DNA from: Hyphomicrobiales bacterium
GTDB taxonomy: Bacteria; Pseudomonadota; Alphaproteobacteria; Rhizobiales; JAKPQE01
Length of the DNA: 64,000 nucleotides
Assembly: GCA_041397845.1 (NCBI GenBank)
Contig: JAWKVW010000006.1
Span: forward strand, 6,061-70,060
Reading direction: 5' to 3'
Positions within the stretch are counted from its first letter, which is position 1, and each line of letters opens with the position of its first letter. The translations under genes were made by a program, and so were the position numbers. The notes below the pieces were generated by a model that was not told where the DNA came from, did not search any database, and saw only the letters and a program-made list of their open reading frames with translations. This document shows, one piece after another, positions 43,201 to 50,398 of this stretch.

Positions 43201-43736
43201 GTGCCGAAGAGAACGGCGAAGGCGGCCATCGACAGGGCGACGACGAGGGCGATATCGCCGATCGGCGAGGAACCGGCCGCCGGGGTCTGGCCGAGGCTCG
43301 TTGCCAGCGACGAGGACACCGCCTTCAATTGCAGGGCGATGTAGGGAACGGTACCAACCACCGCGATGATCGTCGCGACGGCGGCGACCCATTCGTTCTT
43401 GCCGTAGCGCGAGCCGAGAAAGTCGGCGATCGAGGTGATCTTCTCGGCCTTGGCGAGGCGCACGATGCGGCGCAGGATCGGATAGCCGAGGCCGAACAGG
43501 ATCAGCGGACCGACATAGATGGTGAGGAAATCGAGGCCGCTCTTGGCGGCAAAGCCGACCGAGCCGAAGAAGGTCCAGGAGGTGCAATAGACGCCGAGCG
43601 AAAGGGCGTAGATCAGCGGCCGGCCGCGGCCGATCTTGCGGCGGCGCGCGGCAAGACGATCGCCGAAGCTGGCGACCGCGAACAGAAAGCCGATATAGGC
43701 AAGGGCGGAGGCAATGATGACCCAGCCTGGCAGCAT
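40227..43736 (-). CDS. Hybrid sensor histidine kinase with an N-terminal SLC5/SSF sodium-solute-symporter-like domain, PAS, HisKA/HATPase and a C-terminal receiver (CrbS/CbrA-like architecture)
   Basis: C-terminal 1169 aa of the artefactual 2183-aa ORF 40227..46778(-), with ATG at 43736 (MLPGWVIIAS...). About 13 TM helices are followed by a PAS domain (GICVFDRDLRLICWNRHF), the H-box FLAAAGHDILQPLN, NLVSNAIKYT, DTGLGI, GLGLGLSIV and a receiver (VLCIDNE...VLVDYHLD...NKPLK). Confidence 0.85.
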   Translation of the reverse strand: MLPGWVIIASALAYIGFLFAVASFGDRLAARRRKIGRGRPLIYALSLGVYCTSWTFFGSVGFAAKSGLDFLTIYVGPLILFGLGYPILRRIVRLAKAEKITSIADFLGSRYGKNEWVAAVATIIAVVGTVPYIALQLKAVSSSLATSLGQTPAAGSSPIGDIALVVALSMAAFAVLFGTRHIDATEHQEGLMLAIAAESVVKLVAFLAVGFYVVYGIFDGPQQLFAIADEAGITADLLGRDLSGGTWITMTLLSLFAGLLLPRQFHVTVVENNAPNELRRAAWLFPVYLVAINLFVIPVSVAGLVHFGGAVDADTFVLRLPMAAGNGLVSLAAFIGGLSAATAMVIVATVALAIMISNDLVMPLVLRRGTRERDDASDMGTLLLNIRRLSIFVILLLAYAYYRLAGNTAALASIGLLSFAAIAQFAPAFVGGLIWRRATARGAIAGMSVGFAVWAYTLLLPNFAASGIVPESIIHDGPFGIGLLKPQALLSFAFDPLTHGVFWSLTFNVLAFVVVSLARMPEPIERLQANLFVPAEFTQAPALRLFRTTTTVGDLRSTVARYLGEERTERSFNSFAEARSLSLEPHREVDAHLLRYSEQLLASAIGAASSRLVLSLLLKRSDASTKGALKLLDDASAAIQYNRDLLQTALDQVRQGICVFDRDLRLICWNRHFRDMLGLPTEFGQVGISLHTILRFNAERGELGPGDPDAIVADRIDRFVVSMQTFQERMHSTGVVLEVRPNAMPGGGIVATYTDITDRVAAADALERAKETLEVRVRDRTEELTRLNQELARAKSIADEANIGKTRFLAAAGHDILQPLNAARLYVTSLVERHSGDEDRRLIQNVDASLEAVEEIIGAVLDISRLDAGALKPEIGTFRLDEILNQLAVEYAPLAKEKKLDLVIVPSGLTVRSDRRLLRRLLQNLVSNAIKYTASGRVLVGCRRRRGKVRVDVFDTGLGIPLAKQKVIFKEFQRLEAGARAARGLGLGLSIVERISRVLDHPVTLTSTPGRGSKFSVEIPLAESQISARTEPTAMPTPATQLAGMTVLCIDNEARILDGMEALLSGWGCTVLKAGSTREALKQLRDRGGSPDVVLVDYHLDEGTGLETVSSLRSRFGAGLPAVLITADRSPSVRDAARDRNIGVLNKPLKPAALRAVLAQWRVQRPAAE

Positions 43737-43913
43737 CCGCTTTCGCCCTTTCCCGACGCTTGCGGCCGGCGCCGTCTCCTCTCGAAGCGGGCGCCATGCA
43801 GGTGACAATGGTCGGAAATCCGAGCATATAAGCGCCGCAAAGTCCACCTGAAGGACATGGGCAGGGATCGGGCAAGGGGCGATGCGAGGCGCCCGGACGA
43901 GGCGGAGCGCAAG

Positions 43914-44546
43914 ATGGGCCTTTTCGACCGCTTCCGGCGCCGCTCGCGGATCGCGGACATCGCGGCGCTTGGCGATTTTCTCGACAGCCGCGCGGCGTTT
44001 CTCGTGCAGAAATGCGTTTTCGAATATTCCCGCGCCCGGGCCGGCATCCTCTGGCAGAAACTCTTCAAGGAAGAGGCGTTCGTTGCCGCGGTCGATGCGG
44101 CGCGCTGGCGCAACTATCCGCTCGGCGTCGCCCATGTCGGCCGGATGGTCGAGGCAAGCCTTCGCCCGCCGGACGAGGCCGAGGCGGGCCGCGTTGCCGC
44201 CGCCATCGCCATTGTCGCCCGGTCGGTCATCGATCGGCATGGTGTGCCGGCAGCGCTGGCCGAGGCCGAATGGCTCGGTGCCAGGGAAGACGCAGTCGGG
44301 CGAATTGCGGCGGCAGCGCTCGCGGCAAGGCCGGCCGTCAAGGACATCCCGCTCGATACGGCGCAGCGGTTCTTCGACCAGTTGCCGATCCATCCAAGCC
44401 TGCGTGGCGAGGACTTCGAACTCGTCAGCAACAACCTGCGGTCCAATCTCTGCCAGATCCACGAGGATTTCTCGGCGAGAGCGGACGGGCGGGCGCTTCT
44501 TGCCGCCCTCCTTGCCGGGAGCGGCGGCCCGGCGGACAGGCCCTGA
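43914..44546 (+). CDS. Conserved-looking hypothetical protein between the hybrid kinase and the exonuclease-DUF294 gene
   Basis: ORF 43857..44546 from ATG 43914 (MGLFDRFRRRSRIADIAALGDFLD...). Codon usage is coding-like. I do not recognise a domain. Confidence 0.5.
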   Translation: MGLFDRFRRRSRIADIAALGDFLDSRAAFLVQKCVFEYSRARAGILWQKLFKEEAFVAAVDAARWRNYPLGVAHVGRMVEASLRPPDEAEAGRVAAAIAIVARSVIDRHGVPAALAEAEWLGAREDAVGRIAAAALAARPAVKDIPLDTAQRFFDQLPIHPSLRGEDFELVSNNLRSNLCQIHEDFSARADGRALLAALLAGSGGPADRP

Positions 44547-44675
44547 GCGAGGCGGGACGCACGGCAGGGCTTGATTTGGCGGGCGCGATGCAGTTCCAAT
44601 CGCAATAACAAAAATGGCGGGGGATCGCCCGAAACGGGCGGCGGGCGGCCTCGTCAATCCCGGGGGGAGGGACAC

Positions 44676-46817
44676 TTGATTCATACCGCCAGCGGCACCA
44701 CGCCGCTCATCGCCATTGATGCCGTCGTGCTCGACACGGAAACGACCGGCCTCGACACCAACAAGGCCCGTCTCGTGCAGATCGGCGCCGTCCGGCTGCG
44801 CAACGGCATCATCGCGACCGACGAGACGTTCGACACGCTGATTGATCCCGGCATTCCGATTCCGCCGGCAACGACGGCGATCCACCACATCGACGATGCC
44901 ATGGTGGTCGGGGCGCCGACCTTTCCGGACGTGCGCGAGAAGCTGCGCGAATTCATCGGCAGCTCGATCGTCATCGGCCACTCGATCGGCTTCGACCTGG
45001 CGATGCTGCGGCGGGAATGCAAGCTGGCAACGCTGATGTTCGCGGTGCCCCGCACGCTCGATACGCGCCTCCTTGCACAAATCGCCAACCCGAAGCTGCC
45101 GGACTTCTCGATGGAGATGATCGGCAAGTGGCTCGGCGTCGAGCTCTCCGACCGGCACACGGCGCTCGGCGATGCGATCGCGACAGCGAAACTGTTCCAG
45201 GCGCTCATTCCGAAGCTGCGCGAGGGCGGCATCCGCACCGTCGCCGAGGCCGAGAAAGCCTGCCGCCAGCTCACCGAAGTGCTTGAGGAGCACCAGCGTG
45301 CCGGCTGGATGGAACCGGTCGCGCCGCCGAGCCGGGCCGATGCCGAGCGTACCCTCGCCCGGCTCGACAGCTATCCCTACCGGCACCGGGTGCGCGACGT
45401 GATGAGCCGGACGCCAGCGATCATCGCGGCCGGCACGAGCCTCAACGATGCCATGCAGCAGATGGTCGAGCGGCGGATCTCCTCGGTCTTTGCCTGCGAG
45501 CGGATGCCGGCCGAGGGCGCGGCGCCGGAAGCGGGGAAAACCGGCATCATCACCGAGCGCGATGTCCTCAGGGCGATCGCCCTCAACGGCCCCGGCGCCC
45601 TCGTGCGGCCGGTCGGCGACTTCATGTCGAAGCCGCTCGCGGCCATCCCGGAAGAGGCGTTCATCTACCGCGCCGTCGGCCGCATGAGCCGGCTCAAGGT
45701 GCGCCATCTCGGCGTCACCAACGAGCGCGGCGAACTGGTCGGGGCGCTGTCGGCGCGCGACCTGCTGCGCCTTCGGGCCAGCGAGGCGATTTCGCTCGGC
45801 GACGAAATCGACGAGGCGGCCTCGGTACCGGAGCTTGGCGCTGCCTGGGCCAAGCTGCCGATGGTGGCGCGCAGCCTCGTCGAGGAAGACGTCGGCGCGC
45901 GCGAGGTCGCGGCCGTCATCAGCCGGGAAATCGGCGCCCTCGTGCGCAAGGCCGCGACGATGGCCGAGGCGCGGATGGAAACGTGTGGCCAGGGCCTGCC
46001 GCCGGTGCCCTATGCGCTGCTGGTGCTCGGCTCTGCCGGGCGCGGGGAAAGCCTCCTTTCCGCCGACCAGGACACGGCCATCGTCTATGAAAGCGGCGTG
46101 CCGGACGGGCCAGAGGACAGGTGGTTCGCGACCTTCTCGGCCCATGTCGGCGACATCCTGAACGAGGTCGGCCTGCCCTATTGCCGTGGCGGCGTGATGG
46201 CGCGAAACGCGGAATGGCGCGGCAGCCTTCAGACCTGGATGGAGCGGATCGACGGCTGGGTGCGGCGGTCGCGGCCGGAAGACCTGCTCTCCGTCGACAT
46301 CTTCTTCGATCTCCGGGTCGTCCACGGCGATGCCGGCCTTGGCCACAAGCTGCTGACGGAGGCCTATGGACGCGGCCACCGGGCGGCCGGCTTTGCCAAG
46401 CTGCTGGCGGAGATCGGCGACGCCTACCGGCCGCCGGTCAATTTCCTCGGCGGCTTCAAGACCGAGTTCGGCCGGCTCGACCTGAAGAAGGGCGGGCTCT
46501 TTCCCGTGGTCTCGGCGGCGCGGGTGCTGGCGATCCGGCACAATGTCGTGCGCCGGGCGACGAAGGACCGGCTCGATGCGCTGCGCAGCATGAACATCGG
46601 CGGCGAGACCGACCTTGCCCGGCTCAACGCCGCGCACGAGCTGGTGCTGCGGCTCATCCTGCGCCAGCAGGTTGCCGACAGCGTCGAGGGCCATCCGCTG
46701 TCCAGCTCGGTCCGGGTCCGGGATCTCGACCGCGTCGAGGCGGACGAACTGAAGGCAGCACTCACCGCGCTCGGCCATGCGATGGAGCTGGTTCGCGACC
46801 TCCTGTTCGCGCGATAG
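44676..46817 (+). CDS. Fusion protein: DEDDh (DnaQ/epsilon-like) 3'-5' exonuclease, CBS pair, DUF294-type nucleotidyltransferase and DUF294_C substrate-binding domain
   Basis: ORF 44571..46817, with a TTG start at 44676 six nt after GGAGGG.
- Exo motifs: VVLDTETTGL, GHSIGFDLAML, HTALGDAIATA (H-x4-D).
- Two CBS modules: VRDVMSRTPAII...ITERDVLRAI and VGDFMSKPLAAI...LSARDLLR.
- NTase motifs: LGSAGRGESLLSADQDTAIVY (GS...DxD).
- A helical C-terminal domain. Confidence 0.8.
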   Translation: MIHTASGTTPLIAIDAVVLDTETTGLDTNKARLVQIGAVRLRNGIIATDETFDTLIDPGIPIPPATTAIHHIDDAMVVGAPTFPDVREKLREFIGSSIVIGHSIGFDLAMLRRECKLATLMFAVPRTLDTRLLAQIANPKLPDFSMEMIGKWLGVELSDRHTALGDAIATAKLFQALIPKLREGGIRTVAEAEKACRQLTEVLEEHQRAGWMEPVAPPSRADAERTLARLDSYPYRHRVRDVMSRTPAIIAAGTSLNDAMQQMVERRISSVFACERMPAEGAAPEAGKTGIITERDVLRAIALNGPGALVRPVGDFMSKPLAAIPEEAFIYRAVGRMSRLKVRHLGVTNERGELVGALSARDLLRLRASEAISLGDEIDEAASVPELGAAWAKLPMVARSLVEEDVGAREVAAVISREIGALVRKAATMAEARMETCGQGLPPVPYALLVLGSAGRGESLLSADQDTAIVYESGVPDGPEDRWFATFSAHVGDILNEVGLPYCRGGVMARNAEWRGSLQTWMERIDGWVRRSRPEDLLSVDIFFDLRVVHGDAGLGHKLLTEAYGRGHRAAGFAKLLAEIGDAYRPPVNFLGGFKTEFGRLDLKKGGLFPVVSAARVLAIRHNVVRRATKDRLDALRSMNIGGETDLARLNAAHELVLRLILRQQVADSVEGHPLSSSVRVRDLDRVEADELKAALTALGHAMELVRDLLFAR

Positions 46818-46925
46818 GGAAATACCGCACGGCTATCCCGGCCATCGGATTTCCTGCTAGGGTGCCGCCGGGCCGGCCGGCGAGTCGCCGGCCGCAGCTT
46901 TGGAACAGGCGACCAGGAGCGTCAG

Positions 46926-47351
46926 ATGTTCAAGGAATTCAAGGAATTCGCCGTCAAGGGCAATGTCATCGACATGGCTGTCGGCATCATGATCGGCGCG
47001 GCTTTCGGCGCCGTGGTCTCGACGCTCGTCGACAACATCATCATGCCGCCGATCGGCCTCATCCTCGGCAATTTCGACTTCTCGGAACTGTTCATCACGC
47101 TGAAGCAGGGCATGCCGGAAGGACCCTATGCGACGGTCCAGGCGGCCAAGGATGCCGGCGCCGTCACCTGGAACATCGGCCTCTTCATCAATGCGGTGAT
47201 CAAGTTCGTCATCATCTCGTTTGCGCTCTTCCTCGTGGTCAAGGGCATCAACCGGCTGAAGCGCGAGGAAGAGGCCAAGCCGGCCGAGCCGCCGGCACCG
47301 CCGCGCAACGAGCAGCTTCTCGAGGAAATCCGGGATCTTCTCAAGAAATGA
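46926..47351 (+). CDS. mscL: Large-conductance mechanosensitive channel
   Basis: ORF 46926..47351: [44 protein letters not shown]. Confidence 0.95.
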   Translation: MFKEFKEFAVKGNVIDMAVGIMIGAAFGAVVSTLVDNIIMPPIGLILGNFDFSELFITLKQGMPEGPYATVQAAKDAGAVTWNIGLFINAVIKFVIISFALFLVVKGINRLKREEEAKPAEPPAPPRNEQLLEEIRDLLKK

Positions 47352-48544
47352 GCGACGCGGCACTTCTCGCCGCCCTTCGCCCCGAGGCGCGCAACGCGCC
47401 GGGCAGCGGCATCGTCGAGGTCATGTCGTACGGCTTCGGCCGCGACGGCATGATTCCGCTCTGGGCCGGCGAGGGCGACCTGCCGACACCGGAGTTCATC
47501 CGCAAGGCGGCGATGGACTCACTTGCCGCCGGCGAGACCTTCTACACCTATCAGGGCGGCCTGCCGGCGCTGCGCGAGGCGATCGCCGCCTATCACGGCC
47601 GCCTTTATGGCGGCACTTTCGATCCGACCGAGTTTCTCGTCACCGGCTCGGGCATGCAGTCGATCAAGCTGGCGCTGGAGCTTGTTGCCGGGGCCGGCGA
47701 CGATGTCGTCATCCCGAGCCCGGCCTGGCCGAACATCACGGCAGCGGTCGGCGTTTTCGGGGCGCGGCCGGTGGAAGTGCCGATGGTGCTCGGCAATGCC
47801 GGCTGGAAGCTCGACCTCGACCAGCTCTTTGCCGCTTGCGGCGCCAGGGCGAAAGCGATTTTCCTCAACTCGCCGTGCAATCCGACGGGCTGGACGGCGA
47901 CGCGCGAGGAGCTTGTCGCGATCCTCGACTTTGCCCGCCAGCGCGGCATCTGGATCATCGCCGACGAGATCTATGCCCGCTTTTCCTATGGCCGCGACCG
48001 GTCGCCATCGTTCCGCGACGTCGCCGTGGCGGACGACCGCATTCTCTACGTCAACACCTTCTCCAAGAACTGGGCGATGACCGGCTGGCGCGTCGGCTGG
48101 CTCGGCGCGCCGAAGGCACTGGCGCCGACGATCGAGAACCTCATCCAGTATTCGACCTCGGGCGTTGCGGTCTTCATGCAGCGGGCCGCGATCGCCGCGC
48201 TCGATCAAGGCGAAGCATTCATTGCCGAACAGGTGGCACGGGCAGCGACCGGGCGCGACATCGTCTGCTCGGCGCTCGAGGCGACGGGCCAGGTTCGGCT
48301 GCAGCGGCCGGACGGCGCGTTCTACCTGTTCTTTGCCATCGACGGGGAGCCGGACACGCGCAAGCTCGGGCTCAGGCTGGTCGATGAAGCCAATATCGGC
48401 CTGGCGCCGGGCACCGCCTTCGGGGCCGGCGGCGACGGCTACCTGCGGCTCTGCTTTGCCCGTTCCGCCGACAGCCTATCGCGCGCGACCGGGCGGCTCG
48501 TCGAATGGCTGGAGCGCCGGCCGAAGGGCGGGTCGGGCCGATGA
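47348..48544 (+). CDS. Class I/II PLP-dependent aminotransferase (aspartate aminotransferase family)
   Basis: In ORF 46121..48544 from ATG 47348, overlapping mscL by ATGA: NSPCNPTG...DEIYARF...[16 protein letters not shown] (PLP Lys)...LAPGTAFG...LRLCFA. Confidence 0.85.
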   Translation: MSDAALLAALRPEARNAPGSGIVEVMSYGFGRDGMIPLWAGEGDLPTPEFIRKAAMDSLAAGETFYTYQGGLPALREAIAAYHGRLYGGTFDPTEFLVTGSGMQSIKLALELVAGAGDDVVIPSPAWPNITAAVGVFGARPVEVPMVLGNAGWKLDLDQLFAACGARAKAIFLNSPCNPTGWTATREELVAILDFARQRGIWIIADEIYARFSYGRDRSPSFRDVAVADDRILYVNTFSKNWAMTGWRVGWLGAPKALAPTIENLIQYSTSGVAVFMQRAAIAALDQGEAFIAEQVARAATGRDIVCSALEATGQVRLQRPDGAFYLFFAIDGEPDTRKLGLRLVDEANIGLAPGTAFGAGGDGYLRLCFARSADSLSRATGRLVEWLERRPKGGSGR

Positions 48545-48626
48545 GCCGCGATCCGCAAGGCGACACAGGAGCGCCGGCACCGGACCCCCAGACACGCTCC
48601 CGGTCACGGGGCGGGGAGACCTGCCC

Positions 48627-49241
48627 GTGACCGGCGGCGACACAGTCTTCATCGTCGACAGCGACGCCGATGACCGCGAGACGCTCGGAGCGCTGTTCGC
48701 GGCGGCCGGGTTCACGGTCGCGGCATTCGATTGTGGCGAAGCCCTGTTCGCGGCCGGCAGGACGGCGGCAAGGAGCTGCGTCGTCCTCGACATCGCAACG
48801 GCAACCTGCGGAACACCGGGCCTTGAGACGCTCGGCCGGCTGGTTGCCGAGGATGTGGCACGCCCCGTCATCGTCATCTCCGGACAGGGCGACATCCCGA
48901 CGGCGGTCGCGGCGATCAAGGAAGGGGCGCGCGATTTCATCGAGAAACCGATCGACGGCGAGCGGCTCGTCGAGCTGGTGCGATCGGCGCTCGCCGATTG
49001 CGCGGGCGCGCCGGCGGACGAGACCTGTCCCGATTTTCCGGGCCGGGCGCTGCTGACGCCGCGCGAGCAGCAGGTGCTCGGCCAGATCACCGCCGGGCAT
49101 TCCAACAAGGAGGCCGGCCGGCGCCTCGGCATCTCGCCGCGCACGGTCGAGGTGCACCGTGCCCGGATCATGGAAAAGCTCGGCGCCAAGAATGCCGCCG
49201 ACCTCGTGCGCATCGCGCTGACCGGCGGCAAGGCCGGCTGA
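48627..49241 (+). CDS. FixJ/NarL-family response regulator (receiver plus LuxR-type HTH)
   Basis: In ORF 48165..49241, with a GTG start at 48627 after GGGGAGA. The receiver has VFIVDSDADD, VVLD, ISGQGD and DFIEKP. The C-terminal HTH reads LTPREQQVLGQITAGHSNKEAGRRLGISPRTVEVHRARIMEKLG. Confidence 0.8.
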   Translation: MTGGDTVFIVDSDADDRETLGALFAAAGFTVAAFDCGEALFAAGRTAARSCVVLDIATATCGTPGLETLGRLVAEDVARPVIVISGQGDIPTAVAAIKEGARDFIEKPIDGERLVELVRSALADCAGAPADETCPDFPGRALLTPREQQVLGQITAGHSNKEAGRRLGISPRTVEVHRARIMEKLGAKNAADLVRIALTGGKAG

Positions 49242-49294
49242 GGCAAATCCCGCGGAAGGCCGGAAGGCCGGCGCTCCGCCATCCGCGTCCGGCC

Positions 49295-49308
49295 TTGACG
49301 TGCGTCAA
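49295..49308. promoter_or_regulatory. Perfect FNR/FixK-type box TTGA-N6-TCAA
   Basis: TTGACGTGCGTCAA read directly. It lies 54 nt after the response-regulator stop and about 340 nt upstream of the fixK-like ATG. Confidence 0.6.
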
Positions 49309-49648
49309 CGCGCGACCGCGCGACTGCCCCTAATTTCAGCATCGGAATCGGAGTGCCCTCTCCGGTGCCATCCTTGGCTGCCGGCTCCCAGCGGCGGCTT
49401 TCGAATCGTTTCCCCGCGCCGATGGCGTGTGCGGCTGCCGACAGGCCGATCCGACGGAGCATGCTTCGGCGGCTATTCTTGTTTTTCCATACGTGTTTTT
49501 ACGTAAGTAGGTCCCCCAATGTCTCGACGCGGGACGTTTGGCTATGTTTTTTCACGGAAAAGCGCTTCCGGTCGCGTCGAACCACCGATTCCGGAATCGT
49601 CACTGCCCCAAAAATGGGCTAGAACGGTTCCTAAGAGGGCAAAAGACA

Positions 49649-50359
49649 ATGGCTTATCTCGACCGGCAGACGGCGACACAGGGCGACGGACTTAGCGAGT
49701 CGACACGCGGCGAGCGGGCATGGTCGGATTTCATGGCCTTGCCGCGCGTGAAGCGCCTGGCGCTCAGCGAACATGAAGCCGTGTTTTTCGAGGGCGACCG
49801 GGCCGACCGGTTGTTCGAAATCACCGACGGCGCGGTGATGCTCTACAAGCTGCTGCCGGACGGACGGCGGCAGGTGGTCGAGGTCCTGGGCAGCGGCGAC
49901 CTGCTCGGCCTGCAAGCCTCGCATCTTTACGACTGCTCGGCCGAGACGCTCATTCCCAGCCGGCTGCGGGCGATCGACCGGAACGACCTTGACACCTATC
50001 CGGAACTGCAAACCCATGTGAACCGCTGCCTGCTCGGGCAGTTGCAGACGATGCACGAGCACGCGGTGCTGCTCGGCCGCAAGTCGGCCTTCGAACGGGT
50101 GACGTCGTTCCTGATGCGCTTCGTGCCGAAGCGCGGTGCGATCGGCTGCGAGGGGCCGGTCAAGGGTTCGCCGGACGAGAAGGTCATCGTGCTGGCAATG
50201 ACCCGTCAGGAGATCGCCGACTATCTCGGCCTGACGATCGAGACGGTGTCGCGGGTGTTTTCCGACCTGCGCCGGCGCGGTCTCATCACCGCCGAAAAGC
50301 ATGATCGGGTGCGCATTCTCGACATCTGCGGCCTGTGCAAGCTGACCGGCACGCACTGA
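49649..50359 (+). CDS. fixK: Crp/Fnr-family transcriptional regulator, FixK-like (no N-terminal Cys cluster)
   Basis: ORF 49538..50359 from ATG 49649. It has a cNMP-like beta-barrel (FFEGDRADRLFEITDGAVMLYKLLPDGRRQVVEV) and the HTH MTRQEIADYLGLTIETVSRVFSDLRRRGLI with the E--SR recognition motif. Confidence 0.7.
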   Translation: MAYLDRQTATQGDGLSESTRGERAWSDFMALPRVKRLALSEHEAVFFEGDRADRLFEITDGAVMLYKLLPDGRRQVVEVLGSGDLLGLQASHLYDCSAETLIPSRLRAIDRNDLDTYPELQTHVNRCLLGQLQTMHEHAVLLGRKSAFERVTSFLMRFVPKRGAIGCEGPVKGSPDEKVIVLAMTRQEIADYLGLTIETVSRVFSDLRRRGLITAEKHDRVRILDICGLCKLTGTH

Positions 50360-50398
50360 CGGCCGCGGCCGCCCGCCTTCCCGCTTTTACATTCCCGC

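Noticed and set aside
40227-46778. A 2183-aa ORF on the minus strand, the longest in the track
   Set aside because: Only its C-terminal 1169 aa, from ATG 43736, look like a real protein, the hybrid kinase. The upstream 1000 codons are Arg/Ala/Gly/Pro-rich low-information sequence. They run antisense to the hypothetical gene and the well-supported exonuclease-CBS-DUF294 gene. Open antisense frames are expected at this GC content.
49353-49622. An 89-aa ORF between the anaerobox and fixK, as a possible FixT-like or small regulatory protein
   Set aside because: The translation (MPSPVPSLAAGSQRRLSNRF...FLFFHTCFYVSRSPNV...) has no receiver-like or other motif and crosses the AT-rich promoter-like patch. 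It has no convincing RBS. The region is more likely non-coding leader or promoter.
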